A DNA stretch of 64,000 nucleotides from Acidobacteriota bacterium (GTDB lineage: Bacteria; Acidobacteriota; Vicinamibacteria; Vicinamibacterales; UBA2999): the NCBI GenBank assembly GCA_046726375.1, contig JBKPAJ010000023.1:258-64257 (forward strand), read 5' to 3'. The translations under genes were made by a program, and so were the position numbers. Shown here one piece after another: positions 46,750 through 57,251 of the stretch (the stretch's first letter is position 1; each line of letters opens with the position of its first letter). The notes beneath the pieces are model-generated. The model was not told the origin of the DNA. It saw nothing but the letters and a program-made list of their open reading frames with translations, and did no database searches.

Positions 46750-46750
46750 G

Positions 46751-47263
46751 TCATTTCAGCCGGATCGCAAAAAGACGTTCGCCGTATTGAACCGCCTGGC
46801 CGTTCTCCACATAGACACTCACGACTTCGCCGTCGTACTCGGAGTCGATCTCGTTCATCAACTTCATCGCCTCGATGATGCAGAGCACTTGCCCTTTCTT
46901 CACCACATCGCCGACGCTCGCAAAGGGTGGCGCACCTGGCTCCGAAGCGCGATAGAAGGTGCCGACAATCGGCGACTTCACAATCGCGAGTTCGGTACCC
47001 TCTTCAGGTGCGTCGGGTGCGTCAGGTACGGAAGGTGCGGTGCGCTGCTCAAGTGCAGCGGGTGCACCGAGTACGGGTGCGCCAGGTGCGAGAGGTGCGA
47101 CAGGTGCGGCGATCACGGGGACCGCCTGCATCACTTGAACTGGAGAGTGTGGCGAGCTGCCGCTTTTGATCCGCAGCTTGACGCCGTCCTGTTCCAGTTC
47201 GAATTCGGTGAGTTCCTGCGCCCGAATGAATTCGATCAGGCGCTTTATCTCGTCCAGGGTCAT
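46751..47263 (-). CDS. accB: Biotin carboxyl carrier protein
   Basis: [17 protein letters not shown]. Confidence 0.97.
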   Translation of the reverse strand: MTLDEIKRLIEFIRAQELTEFELEQDGVKLRIKSGSSPHSPVQVMQAVPVIAAPVAPLAPGAPVLGAPAALEQRTAPSVPDAPDAPEEGTELAIVKSPIVGTFYRASEPGAPPFASVGDVVKKGQVLCIIEAMKLMNEIDSEYDGEVVSVYVENGQAVQYGERLFAIRLK

Positions 47264-47272
47264 GGTTTACGT

Positions 47273-48499
47273 TCAAAACGTCCGCGGGACGTCGGTCAGC
47301 CACTCGGCGCCAGCCGCCGTCACGAGCACGTCGTCTTCAATACGTACACCGCCCCAGCCGGGAAAATACACACCGGGCTCGAGCGTCATTACCATGCCGG
47401 GCGCGAGCGCAGGCTCGGCGCGATCGGCTCGTGCCCGCGTGACGCGCGGGCCTTCATGAATCTCGAGCCCTAGGCCGTGGCCCGTGCCGTGCGTAAACGC
47501 GTCGGCCAATCCGTGGCGATCGAGCGCGGCACGCGCGGCCGAATCCGCGGCTTCTGGCTGCCCTCCGGGCTTTAGCGCGTCAAAGGCGGCCTGCTGCGCC
47601 TCGATCACATGTGCGATCAGGCTTCGCTCACGCTCGGCAACCGGCGCGGCGTTCCCACCGCCGTTGCTGACGGCAACCACGGTCCTCGTGAGGTCCGTGC
47701 AATAGCCGTCGAGCGTGCCGCCGAAGTCCATCACCACCAGGTCGCCGGACTCAATCGTACGGTCCGACACCCGGCCATGCGGCAACGCCGCATTGGGCCC
47801 AGAGGCGACGATGGTATCAAACGCCGGTTTTTCGAACGCTACCCGTCGCAGCTCGCGTTCGATGTCCGCAGCCACGTCCGACTCGGTTCGGCCCGCTAAG
47901 GCTTTTGGGAGTATACACTTAGCGACGTCCGAAAGTCGCACGGCGCCGTCCCGCAGCCGCTCGACCTCCCAAGAGTCCTTCGTCAAACGAAGCTCTTCGA
48001 CAAGGCCCTCCGTCTCGACCAGTTCCCGCTGGCCCTCGCCGCGACCCTTCGACGGGTTCGGGGTCGCCCCGTGCGAAGTCGAGGGGTGAGCGAGCGGCGC
48101 GACTCGCGGTGACACCTTTATATATGCGAGCCTCGCGGTGATGCCGCGATGGCGGTGGACGCTCGTATGCGTTGCCTCGAACCCGACCCGAAGTCCAGCG
48201 AGGGAGGCCAATACCGAGACGATAGCCTCGTCATAGCTCGCGCCGGGATCGAGGATCGTGGGCGTCAGCAAAGGAAAGTCTTCCACTCGACTCAGGAGCG
48301 CGCCTGCATAACGACCGTCGCCGATCACCTGGAGCGAGTCGGGCGTGACGACGAGGGCGGCGGCGGACGCAAAAAAGCCGGTTAGATACGCGATGTTCGG
48401 GAGGCTCGTGACGAGAAGCGCGTCGAGCGAGCGCTGCTGCAGCGCAGCGCGCAACCGCGCAACTCTCGGCTCGAGATAGTCGGCGGGCGCAATGCGCAT
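47273..48499 (-). CDS. Xaa-Pro aminopeptidase (M24 family)
   Basis: [21 protein letters not shown]...[34 protein letters not shown]. Confidence 0.93.
   Translation of the reverse strand: MRIAPADYLEPRVARLRAALQQRSLDALLVTSLPNIAYLTGFFASAAALVVTPDSLQVIGDGRYAGALLSRVEDFPLLTPTILDPGASYDEAIVSVLASLAGLRVGFEATHTSVHRHRGITARLAYIKVSPRVAPLAHPSTSHGATPNPSKGRGEGQRELVETEGLVEELRLTKDSWEVERLRDGAVRLSDVAKCILPKALAGRTESDVAADIERELRRVAFEKPAFDTIVASGPNAALPHGRVSDRTIESGDLVVMDFGGTLDGYCTDLTRTVVAVSNGGGNAAPVAERERSLIAHVIEAQQAAFDALKPGGQPEAADSAARAALDRHGLADAFTHGTGHGLGLEIHEGPRVTRARADRAEPALAPGMVMTLEPGVYFPGWGGVRIEDDVLVTAAGAEWLTDVPRTF
48044..48087. repeat. CCCTTCGAC...GTCGAAGGG-type palindrome inserted in-frame in the peptidase gene
   Basis: acccttcgac-gggtt-cgggg-tcg-ccccg-tgcgaa-gtcgaggggt. 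Confidence 0.7.
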
Positions 48500-48512
48500 G
48501 ACTGCCAGTGGG

Positions 48513-49697
48513 TTAGCGTTTGAGTGCGGCTAGCCACGCCTCGAGTTCGGCGAGGATCGCGCGCTCAGAGCCAGGTGCGTCAGGTGGGGTGGGTGCGGGA
48601 GGTTCGGCAGATGCTGTGCGGCGGCGGTCGGGTCCGTCCGGTGCCGCTTGCCCCGAGCGAGCGGCAACGTTGCTTTGCGCGTCCGGGAGTCGAGCGTTGC
48701 GGTGCTCGGGTGCAGCGGGTGCACCCATCACGCCGGCAATCCGTACCTCACCTTCGGCACCTGCCGCACCGGTCGCACCTGTTAAGAGCGCTTCGACTTG
48801 CGGCGGCGCAGATTGGTCCGTGCGGCCGAGAGCGTTCAGCAACTCGTCAAAATCGATCCCCGGCTGGTCGTCACTAGACGATGGCGGTGCAGCAGCTACG
48901 CTGGCTTCGAGCTGCGGTTCTGGTTCGGGTTCGGGCGCCGGTTGGGTCTCGGCGGCAGACCCGGACGGCGTCTCAAGCGTTGTTCTGACGCTGGAGATTA
49001 GCGCCGCGAGATCCAGCGGTGGCGCGATATCTACCGTGGGCGGCGCGGCGCCGGCCGCCCGCCCGCTGTTGACTGCGGGCCCCGTGTTGACGGGCGGCCC
49101 GAGGTGTACTGGCGACGCAGCGTCGACCGGCGATGCCGCCAGAACCGGCGGCGCGAAAACCATCGGCGTCTGCGCGAGCGCTTCCGGAGGGGCCGCTTCG
49201 GCCAGCCGCAGCACCGCGTTCATCAGCTCGTTTTGCGCCTCCTCGAACGATAGCGTGCCCGGGTTCGCTGCCGGGGCCGTCTTGACGCCACCAAGCTCGC
49301 GATTGATCTGGTTGACCGTTTCTTCGAGCTCGGGATCGTGGCGTGCGAGCGGCAAGGCGCGATGGTAATACTGCAACGCTTGCTCGAGATCGCCGCGCCG
49401 CTGGTAGATGTCGGCGATGCCGCGAATGGCCGGGAGATTGTCGGGCGCGCTGTCGAGGACGCACTGCAACTCGTGCATCGCGGCGTCGAGATTGCCGCGT
49501 TCGACCAACGTCCGTCCGAGCGTCACGCGCGCCGACAAATACCCGGGATGGCGCGCGAGCCCCTCGCGGCACACTCGTTCCGCCTCTTCGAGATTACCGA
49601 CGCGGCGGTACTCCTCAGCGAGTTGTGCGAAGGCGATTGAGGACGGATCGGCGTCAACGCGCCGGCGAAGCTCCAGGATGCGAGGGTTATCTGGCAC
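48513..49697 (-). CDS. TPR protein with Pro/Ala-rich C-terminal region
   Basis: DPSSIAFAQLAEEYR...GL..HPGYLSARVTLGR TPR repeats; ends AELEAWL. Confidence 0.82.
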   Translation of the reverse strand: MPDNPRILELRRRVDADPSSIAFAQLAEEYRRVGNLEEAERVCREGLARHPGYLSARVTLGRTLVERGNLDAAMHELQCVLDSAPDNLPAIRGIADIYQRRGDLEQALQYYHRALPLARHDPELEETVNQINRELGGVKTAPAANPGTLSFEEAQNELMNAVLRLAEAAPPEALAQTPMVFAPPVLAASPVDAASPVHLGPPVNTGPAVNSGRAAGAAPPTVDIAPPLDLAALISSVRTTLETPSGSAAETQPAPEPEPEPQLEASVAAAPPSSSDDQPGIDFDELLNALGRTDQSAPPQVEALLTGATGAAGAEGEVRIAGVMGAPAAPEHRNARLPDAQSNVAARSGQAAPDGPDRRRTASAEPPAPTPPDAPGSERAILAELEAWLAALKR

Positions 49698-49702
49698 GGC
49701 GA

Positions 49703-49852
49703 AAATTCCGAGGTTCCAAGTTCCTAGTTGCGAGTTCGTCGACCCGCGTTCCGTAGTTCTGACTTTCCGAAGTCAGGGTTCGACAGCCAGGATTCCCGAA
49801 CGACGGAACCCGGACTTTCGAACCCTGGAACTTCGGAACTCCGGAACCTCGC
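49703..49852. repeat. Inverted tandem 7-8-mer array (nGTTCC ... GGAACy)
   Basis: ggttcca/agttcct/agttgcg/agttcgt face ggaaccc/ggaactt/ggaactc/ggaacct. Confidence 0.75.
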
Positions 49853-49856
49853 GATG

Positions 49857-50903
49857 TTACCGCATTGACGCTCGGGTTGTCGTCGTGCTCCCAACCGTCA
49901 CGCTAGCCGTCTTCGTGGCCGTCTGACCGATGTCGTCGGTGACAGTGAGTGTCACGTTGTAAGTGCCTGCAAGGTTATAGGACCGGCTGGTCGTAGTGCC
50001 CTCCGCCGAACGGCCGTTGCCGAAGTCCCATGAATACGACACGAGTGTGCGTCCCGTTGCTGCCTGCGATCCGTTGGCATTGAAGAACACTGTCTGGCCC
50101 ACGGCTGGAGTCGTCGGCGAGAAGACGAACTCCGCGGTTGGCGGCGTTCCCGCGCCGACGCTAATCGGCCGGGCCGTTTGTGATGAGAGGCCCAAAGCGT
50201 CGGTCGCGGTCAGTCGCACCTGATACGTTCCCGCACTGCGGAACTGGTGCGTCGCGAAGATGCCGTTCGCGGTACTGCTGTCGCCGAAGTCCCACGTGTA
50301 AACGCAACTGGGACCGCACATGAACTCGTCACCTGTAATCGGACTCACGTCGGTCGTTGTGGACGCGTCGAAGCTCACGGTATCAAACACTTTCGGGTTG
50401 GCGGGATCGGCGGTAAAGCGCGCGATCGGTGCGGCGTTGGGAGGATTGATGACGCCCGCGACAGTGAGACGCACGTCCACTGACCGCACGTCGGCCCCTG
50501 AATAGTCCGTTGCAATCGGGGTCACGATCAAGGTCACTACATGGCCCCTGCCGTTGACCTCTTTCGGCGGCGCCGTATAGGTCGCGCGCGCTCGTCCGTC
50601 GTCGCCCGTCACGAGACTCTTCGACGAAAGCGTGCCGATGTCGTACAGCACGCCGCCCTCGGAGATGTCGATGCGCAACCCGAGTCCGCGCACGGGCCGC
50701 CCGTCGGCGCCTGTGACCTCGATGTTGAGCACGCTCTGCGAGAACCCGTCCTGCGGAATGGTGTCAGGCACGAGCGACAGCGCAATACGCGTCGCAAACT
50801 CGGAAGGGCCGGTCAGATCCGGCGCTTCGGTGTCGTGGACGGTGCAACCCGATACGGCAGTAACGAGCACCGCCATCACAAGGAATTTGAGAGACCTGCT
50901 CAT
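49857..50903 (-). CDS. Lipoprotein with an Ig-like domain and two PKD domains
   Basis: Lipobox VSGC; YTWDFGD...GTYQVRLT and YSWDFGNG...GTYNVTLTV. Confidence 0.85.
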   Translation of the reverse strand: MSRSLKFLVMAVLVTAVSGCTVHDTEAPDLTGPSEFATRIALSLVPDTIPQDGFSQSVLNIEVTGADGRPVRGLGLRIDISEGGVLYDIGTLSSKSLVTGDDGRARATYTAPPKEVNGRGHVVTLIVTPIATDYSGADVRSVDVRLTVAGVINPPNAAPIARFTADPANPKVFDTVSFDASTTTDVSPITGDEFMCGPSCVYTWDFGDSSTANGIFATHQFRSAGTYQVRLTATDALGLSSQTARPISVGAGTPPTAEFVFSPTTPAVGQTVFFNANGSQAATGRTLVSYSWDFGNGRSAEGTTTSRSYNLAGTYNVTLTVTDDIGQTATKTASVTVGSTTTTRASMR

Positions 50904-50949
50904 GGCCAGACCTTTTGAGTTCTCGTGTATGAACGTCCCCAAGTGCCGG

Positions 50950-51561
50950 CTACTCCTCGTCAGCGAAATCAGCGAAGTTCACGTTCACTGTGCCGGTCGC
51001 TTCCACTTCGTTGCCTGCCTGGTCGTGCCCCCAGAACGTGACTTGCGCGATGGCGTTGATGAACCGCCCGGCGCCGATCCTGGCCAGGTTGCTGAGAGGG
51101 GGCTCTAATTTGTTCACGAGACGAACGAGATCGAACACGGCCTGGGCAGTACCGCCGGCGGGGACCGTGACGGTGACGCCACCATCAAATCCCCAAGGCA
51201 CGTCCACGCCGGGTGTGTTGCGGCCGTCTGCGCGAATGAAGCGCACGCGATAGCGGTTGAGCGTGACCGAGTTCAAGCTCGTCGGGCTCAGCGGTGCGGC
51301 GTCGGTGCCTGGATTCTTCATCACCAGGTGAAACGTCGCGCGCCCCGAATCGTTGACGGTGCCTCCGTTGGTGACGACGTCGGACAAGAGGAAGCCCGCG
51401 TACGTCGTCCCGCCCCCGGCCGACGCTTCAATGGCATCGATGACGAGTATGACGGGCGCGCGTCCGGTTCGCGCCATCTCGCCGCACGATGTGCTTACCA
51501 ACGTCGCGGCGGCCAAGACGGCAACGCTGATGCTTCTTTGCAGTTTCGTAGTCAACATCAC
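50950..51561 (-). CDS. Hypothetical lipoprotein
   Basis: Lipobox STSC; RADGRN.PGVDVP motif; directly after pilQ. Confidence 0.8.
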   Translation of the reverse strand: MMLTTKLQRSISVAVLAAATLVSTSCGEMARTGRAPVILVIDAIEASAGGGTTYAGFLLSDVVTNGGTVNDSGRATFHLVMKNPGTDAAPLSPTSLNSVTLNRYRVRFIRADGRNTPGVDVPWGFDGGVTVTVPAGGTAQAVFDLVRLVNKLEPPLSNLARIGAGRFINAIAQVTFWGHDQAGNEVEATGTVNVNFADFADEE

Positions 51562-51571
51562 TTCGCTCCAC

Positions 51572-53926
51572 CTAGCTCCGCGTGATCCGTGGGGTGATGA
51601 AGATGAGCAGCTCGTTGCTCACATCGGTTAACGTGTCGCGTTTGAACAGCCAGCCAAGCAGCGGAATCCGGTGCAGCATCGGGACGCGCCCTTCAGTTGC
51701 CTGCTCACGGCCCAGATATACCCCGCCGATGACGGTGGTCTCGCCGTCGGCGACGAGCACCGTGGTTTGCGCGCGCTGGGTATCAATCGGCGGAATGCCG
51801 TTTACTTGACGACTGAAGTCAGGCGACGCGTTCTCGAGGAATACCCGCATGATGATCGTGTTGGACGCGGTGATCTGCGGCGTGACACGAAGCGTCAAGG
51901 CGGCCGGCTTGAAGCTCACGGTCACGGTGTTGTTGGCAACCGTTTGAATCGGGATTTCCGTGCCTTGTGTCATCTCCGCTTCCACGTTGTTCTGTGTGGC
52001 GACACGCGGGCTCGAAAGGACGCGGCCCCGGCCGGTCGACTCCATCGCCGACAGGGCCACGTCGAGGTTCAGTGCTCCGTTCACTGACCCGAGCGCGATG
52101 CCGATAGCGCTGGTGGCTGCGGGAACACCGAGGTTGATGCCAGTGTCGGCCCGCGAATCGCCCTGCACTGGTCCCTGCAATCCGCCGGTCCGACCCGTGA
52201 GGCTGCCGGAGTTCGGGAATGCCAGCGGCGTCGTGTTGCCAAGCGCCGGATCGAGGCGGCCGTTGAGGCCCCACTGCACGCCAACCGCGCGCGCAAACTC
52301 GCGGTTGGAAGCGACAATGCGTGCTTCGATCTCGACTTGCGGTTGCGGACGATCGAGTGCCTTCACCAGCTCGGCAGCCGTCCCAAGCCGATCGGCGAGG
52401 TCGCGCACGATCAAGGTATTGGTCCGCGAATCCACCTGCACTTCGCCGCGCGCCGAAAGCGCACTGCGCGTCAGGATGGGGACCAGGTCCGGCGCCTTTG
52501 CATAGCTGAGAGGAACGGTGAGCACGCGAAGATCGCCGGCAAGCGCCTGTGCCTCTGCGAGCTTGCGCTGTTCTTCCTGCTCCTGCGCGAGCACGTTGAG
52601 CGGTGCGATTCGCACGACGGTGCCGTCAACCCGATATCCAAGTTTGTTGGCTCTGAGAATGATGTCGAGCGCCTGATCCCATGGCACATCGCGCAGCGAT
52701 ACGTCGACGGTGCCGTTGATCGTCGGATCGATGACGATGTTGAGCCCGCTGATGTCTGCGAACGTGCGCAGCACCGCGCGCAGGTCGGCGCCCTGGAAAT
52801 CCAGGCTCACCGGCGTCCCGCGGAAACGCGGCTGCGCCTGATTCTCGGCGGTCTGCGAGCCCGTGATCTGCTGACCGTCCAGCATCGTGCCACCCGATTG
52901 TTGCAGTCGCGCGTTCGCGGCGAGTAGTGCCGTTGCCGCGGGGCTGTTGCCGGGAATCGGTGCATCAGGGGCGCTCGGCGCCGCCGCCGGTTCCGGAACG
53001 ATGTCGGCGGGCACGGCAGGCGGAACCGGTTCGCCGGCGTTGCCCATGGCGCTGTCGAACAACACGCGCAGCTCGTCGCCTGCCTGCCCCACGCGATACG
53101 CAATTTGCTTGACGAGATCGACGACGACACGGGTCTCCAGCGGCTTGGCGCTGTTGGTCGCAACGCGAATGCGCTGAATTTCCCCCTCGTTGACTTCGGT
53201 CACGGCCGGCACGCCGCGCGAGCTCACGTTGGCGAAATCGAGCCACACGCGCGCCGGGCCGTGCTTGGATTCCTGCACCGATGCGGCAACCAGCTGCCCG
53301 TCTGCGCGGATCGTGACACCAGCGCCACTGGGCAAGGCGCGCACACCACGCAGAGACTTCGCTGGCGGCGCGGCAGGGTCAAAGCCGCGCGACATTACGG
53401 ACTTGCTTTCGGTATTGGCAACAGTGGGGCCGGCCTTCGGGCCGGCCGCGGGGTCGGCGTTCGTGCCAGCCGGCCTCTCCACATCGACATAGATCACATT
53501 GCGCGCGCTGTGCACGTTGGGCACCGCGGGTCGGTCCATCTTGACGCGCACGCGGGCAACCGATGCGCCATCAGGCGCTGTCGTCTCCTCGACGTCGACG
53601 CCGACCACCGGCGGCACCGGACCCACTGGCTCGGCGAGCACGCCCGCGGCGACGTTGCGCAGATCGATCACCACGGTGAGCGGATCGGGCTGGCTGGTGA
53701 CGTACGCCACCGGCTCGCTCGACTCGATCATGATGGTGCTGACGCGCGCATCGAGCTTTGACGCGATCGCGGTGAGTTCCGCCCGCGCCGCAGAGCCGTT
53801 TTCGGCGCCTCCGTTGGCAGTCACCGATGCGACAAACGCGGCGCCGAGGACACTGGCGATCACCAGGGAACGCGCGTGACGGACGTTCGCGTGGAACGGC
53901 CGTGACGAACGTACGAAAATGCCCAT
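51572..53926 (-). CDS. pilQ: Type IV pilus secretin PilQ (AMIN domains)
   Basis: SLDFQGADLRAVL, VPWDQALD, D.RTNTLI, QVEIEARIV, IPLLGWLF...ELLIFITP. Confidence 0.95.
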   Translation of the reverse strand: MGIFVRSSRPFHANVRHARSLVIASVLGAAFVASVTANGGAENGSAARAELTAIASKLDARVSTIMIESSEPVAYVTSQPDPLTVVIDLRNVAAGVLAEPVGPVPPVVGVDVEETTAPDGASVARVRVKMDRPAVPNVHSARNVIYVDVERPAGTNADPAAGPKAGPTVANTESKSVMSRGFDPAAPPAKSLRGVRALPSGAGVTIRADGQLVAASVQESKHGPARVWLDFANVSSRGVPAVTEVNEGEIQRIRVATNSAKPLETRVVVDLVKQIAYRVGQAGDELRVLFDSAMGNAGEPVPPAVPADIVPEPAAAPSAPDAPIPGNSPAATALLAANARLQQSGGTMLDGQQITGSQTAENQAQPRFRGTPVSLDFQGADLRAVLRTFADISGLNIVIDPTINGTVDVSLRDVPWDQALDIILRANKLGYRVDGTVVRIAPLNVLAQEQEEQRKLAEAQALAGDLRVLTVPLSYAKAPDLVPILTRSALSARGEVQVDSRTNTLIVRDLADRLGTAAELVKALDRPQPQVEIEARIVASNREFARAVGVQWGLNGRLDPALGNTTPLAFPNSGSLTGRTGGLQGPVQGDSRADTGINLGVPAATSAIGIALGSVNGALNLDVALSAMESTGRGRVLSSPRVATQNNVEAEMTQGTEIPIQTVANNTVTVSFKPAALTLRVTPQITASNTIIMRVFLENASPDFSRQVNGIPPIDTQRAQTTVLVADGETTVIGGVYLGREQATEGRVPMLHRIPLLGWLFKRDTLTDVSNELLIFITPRITRS

Positions 53927-54417
53927 TACTTGACCTCTCCGCGCAAGTACTTGCGCACTTCGCGCTGCTTTTCGAGCGACAGCGGATCGTTCACTTCCTG
54001 GAGCATGACGACGGACTGAGCGTTAATCCCGCGCACGCTGCCGTCCATCAAACGGTCACCGCTACGAACCGTGTAGGTCTTGCCATCGGCGGCACCCACC
54101 ATCGCCACCCAGGCACCACGGCTGTGCAGGATCCCTTTGACAACGACCTCTTCGACCATCACGCCGGCAATCCCTTCGGCGCGCTTCTGTTGCGCCCCGG
54201 GTTGCCGCGCATCCGACGTGCCTCGATTGAAGAGGCTCACAAACGGATCGCGCCGGCTCTCCGGCAAGTACTGGAAGTTGGGCGGCGGCGTCGGTGCGTC
54301 CGACGGCGGCGCCGGCGGGGGAACCGGAGCGGCTGCAGGCGCCGGCGGCGGTGTCTGCCCGGCTTCGCCCGCGACGATGCCTACCGAAAACGCCAAAGCG
54401 AGCAGCATCGTCTTCAT
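53926..54417 (-). CDS. pilP: PilP-like pilus assembly protein
   Basis: RRDPF motif; lies between pilO and pilQ. Confidence 0.8.
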   Translation of the reverse strand: MKTMLLALAFSVGIVAGEAGQTPPPAPAAAPVPPPAPPSDAPTPPPNFQYLPESRRDPFVSLFNRGTSDARQPGAQQKRAEGIAGVMVEEVVVKGILHSRGAWVAMVGAADGKTYTVRSGDRLMDGSVRGINAQSVVMLQEVNDPLSLEKQREVRKYLRGEVK

Positions 54418-55028
54418 TCGGTCTTCTTCGGCGCGCTTGCGCTGGGCGCCAATCCTGGGGTGTTGGCTCCGCCGATCAACACGAACGTGGTTGCGGTGCA
54501 GCTCACGTTGATGCTGGCGTGGGGCTCAGGCTGTTGCTTGGCCCTGATGTCCAACTTGCCCACGTTGATCAAGCGCGGAAACTTGCTCACGCGATCGAGA
54601 AAGGCACCGAGATTGTGATAGCTGCCTTCGAGCTCGAGGCTGATTGGCCACTCGGCATGCATGGCCTTGGTGCTCACCGGCTGCGGCTTGAAGCTGCGGA
54701 CGACGAGATTCGACTGCACGGCCAGCGTCTGAATGCGGCGCAGCAGATCGCCTGCGTCTTTCTCCGCGGGCAGGATCGGCTTCAATGCTTCGAGACGCAG
54801 GCGCCGTTCCTCGACCTCCTTGCGGAAATCGGCAAGCCGCCGCGCGGCCTCACGCCCCTTGTTGATCCGCGCCTCAACCTTCGCGAGTTCGGCTTCCTGG
54901 ACCTTCATCGCTTCGCGTGCAGGCGTCTCGTAGCAGTAATAGAAGGCGCCCGCTGCGCCGGCCGAAAGCAGGACAAAGAGCACCAGCTGCGCTTTCCAGG
55001 AGAGCTTGCTGACCGAGAGATCAGCCAT
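54414..55028 (-). CDS. pilO: Type IV pilus assembly protein PilO
   Basis: TM segment plus coiled coil, ILP, GSYHNLGAF..V...PRLIN. Confidence 0.92.
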   Translation of the reverse strand: MADLSVSKLSWKAQLVLFVLLSAGAAGAFYYCYETPAREAMKVQEAELAKVEARINKGREAARRLADFRKEVEERRLRLEALKPILPAEKDAGDLLRRIQTLAVQSNLVVRSFKPQPVSTKAMHAEWPISLELEGSYHNLGAFLDRVSKFPRLINVGKLDIRAKQQPEPHASINVSCTATTFVLIGGANTPGLAPSASAPKKTE

Positions 55029-55663
55029 CAGTTACCACCCCTGCCGGCCGGCTTGGCTGCCGGAGGCGGCGCCAGCCCTGCCATTTGAAACGTGCCTTTG
55101 ATGACGAAGCGGATCAGGTCGGGCCCGTTCTGCTGGCCTTGTGGCTGATGCTGGCCCTGCGCGACGGCGCTGTCGATGATTTCGACCGGCCGCTTGAAGT
55201 AGTGCGACGCTTCGAGGTTGCCGACGAAATCGGACAACGTCGTGAGCTGCAAGGTGCGGCCTTCGATCGTCACGTCGAAGCGGTCCTGCTTCATGCTCGT
55301 CAGCCACATCATGTCGGGCAGCGCGCGGCTCACCTGATCAACGATGTGCACCGGCGCGTTTTGACCCTTGCGAAGTTCGTTGATCAGCGTCTCGCGCTGC
55401 TCGAGTTGCGCGCGGGTCGCTTCCAGGCTGGCGAGTTGATTCAGCACTTCTGACAGCCGCTGCTCTTCACGGCGAGCGGCGTCGAGGTCGCGCGCGAGTT
55501 GCGCTTGCTGGTTTTGAATCGACCAGAAGCGCCAGCCGATGAGCAGCATGGTGATGATGAGAATGAAGCTGCTCGCGACCGTCATCTTCTGACCGACCTG
55601 CATCGGTCGGCCGACGCTCTTGGCGATGCGGCGCTCGCCCTCAGTGAGGTTGATGCGAATCAT
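55028..55663 (-). CDS. pilN: Type IV pilus assembly protein PilN
   Basis: MIRINL start, LPD.MWLT. Confidence 0.92.
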   Translation of the reverse strand: MIRINLTEGERRIAKSVGRPMQVGQKMTVASSFILIITMLLIGWRFWSIQNQQAQLARDLDAARREEQRLSEVLNQLASLEATRAQLEQRETLINELRKGQNAPVHIVDQVSRALPDMMWLTSMKQDRFDVTIEGRTLQLTTLSDFVGNLEASHYFKRPVEIIDSAVAQGQHQPQGQQNGPDLIRFVIKGTFQMAGLAPPPAAKPAGRGGN

Positions 55664-56721
55664 CGGTCGCCTACCCTTCGCAGCGCGAGACCGACCGCGA
55701 CAGCCGCGAGCGGCGCCATTTCGTCGGGGCTGGCAGCGAGCTTGTTGACGTCGAAGAGAATCTGCCGGAACGGATCGAAGAGCTCGACCTGCGTGTCGAA
55801 GCGCTCGCGCAGGCTTTCCATGAAGCCTTCAACGCGTGACGCGCCGCCGCTCAGCATGATGAGGTCGATGTGATCGCTCGAGGCCGTGGCCTTGAAGAAG
55901 TCGAACGTCTTCTCCACTTCGAGCAGCACGTTGTCGGTCATCGCGCGCAGCACCGGGCGCGCATCCTCGTAGCTCACGCCGTCGACGTTGTCGCGCTTCT
56001 TCAGGTCTTCGGCCGACTCGAACGGAAGACGGAGCTCTTTCTGAAGCGCTTCGGTAAACGCGTTGCCACCCATCGAGATGTCGCGCGTGAAGACCGACTG
56101 CGATCCGGCGAGAATGTTGATGTTGATCGCGCTCGCGCCGGCGTTGAGCAGCACCACCACCGCGTTCGACGAGTAGCCGTAATTGGCTTCGTAGGCGTTC
56201 TGCAGCGCGAACGCGTCCACATCCACGATCACCGGCGAGCGACCCGCCTGCGTGATCACGTTCGTGTAATCCGCGATCTTGTCTTTCTTGGCGGCGACGA
56301 GCAGCACTTCCATCGTCCCCTGGCCATCGCCGCCGCGCGCGCCGTTGATGATCTGGTAATCGAGATTGACATCCTGGATGTCGAACGGGATGTACTGCTC
56401 GGCCTCCCAGTAGATCGCCTCGGAGAGCTCGCTCTCGGTCATCACCGGCAACGTGATCTTCTTGACGATCACCGAGTTGCCGGAGAGCGAGGCGGCGACG
56501 TCCTTCCCCTTGAACTGCTTGGTCGAAAACAGGCGGCCTACCGAGTCGGTCACCGCGCCCGAGTCGATGATCGAGCCATCGACGATGCTGTCGGGCGGGA
56601 CCGGTTGCACGGCGATCGCAGAGACCCGATAATTCTTGCCGCTCGGCTTCAGCTCGATCGCTTTGACCGTGTTCGATCCGATGTCGAGCCCGACGAGGCT
56701 TTTGCTTCGGTTAAACAGCAC
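55660..56721 (-). CDS. pilM: Type IV pilus assembly protein PilM
   Basis: VGLDIGS, EAEQYIPF, DVDAFALQN, LSGG, AVAVGLALR; GTG at 56721 after GAAAGG. Confidence 0.95.
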   Translation of the reverse strand: MLFNRSKSLVGLDIGSNTVKAIELKPSGKNYRVSAIAVQPVPPDSIVDGSIIDSGAVTDSVGRLFSTKQFKGKDVAASLSGNSVIVKKITLPVMTESELSEAIYWEAEQYIPFDIQDVNLDYQIINGARGGDGQGTMEVLLVAAKKDKIADYTNVITQAGRSPVIVDVDAFALQNAYEANYGYSSNAVVVLLNAGASAININILAGSQSVFTRDISMGGNAFTEALQKELRLPFESAEDLKKRDNVDGVSYEDARPVLRAMTDNVLLEVEKTFDFFKATASSDHIDLIMLSGGASRVEGFMESLRERFDTQVELFDPFRQILFDVNKLAASPDEMAPLAAVAVGLALRRVGDR

Positions 56722-57099
56722 CCTTTCACTCGCTTTCCGAACGTTCGTCGCGAACATTCGCTCCTCCGCCGTTCACGAACTTGGCGGCCCGGGCTGACGG
56801 CCGAGCTCCGCAAACTCGATACCACCTCGTCCGTTCGTGCCAAATTCGTTGAAACTCGCCCGGAATGCCACTTTTCGTATCCGACGAGCTGGCCTGTGGT
56901 GAACGGCCGAGCTACAGAAATGCAATCGGCCGTACGAAATCTGGATTGCAAGCTGTGCAGTCTCAGAACACCCCATACCGCTTTGGGGAGACTGGCTCGT
57001 CCGGCTGAGTTATCGGCGGCAGAGCGCGATATATGAAAGACGCGGCAACTGCGGTGCGCGGCCCGAGCGATCATCGGGAGTCCAGATGCGCAGTTGGTC

Positions 57100-57220
57100 C
57101 CGAGCGAGCGCACACGAGTGTTGCGGTGAGCGAGCACAAGTGAGCCCTCCCCCTGAGCGAGCGAACGCGAGTCGACGGGCGAAAGGCTTGTCGTGAGCGA
57201 ACCGATGGAGTCGACCGGCG
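57100..57220 (+). repeat. Cluster of CTGAGC...GAGTCGA-type REP-like units
   Basis: ccctgagcgagcgaacgcgagtcgacggg, gtcgtgagcgaaccgatggagtcgaccgg and cccgagcgagcgcacacgagtg. Confidence 0.55.
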
Positions 57221-57222
57221 CT

Positions 57223-57251
57223 TTGACTATTCCGCCAACTCGTCGTATCAT
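57223..57251 (+). promoter_or_regulatory. Sigma70-type promoter of the rplM operon
   Basis: TTGACT-17 nt-TATCAT. Confidence 0.7.

Noticed and set aside
47005-47110. GCACCnnnn 9-mer periodicity in the accB linker (also in the TPR gene tail)
   Set aside because: BCCP normally has an Ala/Pro-rich linker, so a repeat origin cannot be separated from protein-level composition.
56860-56960. Sigma54 promoter upstream of pilM
   Set aside because: TGGCA and TTGCA half-sites occur, but not at the required -24/-12 spacing.
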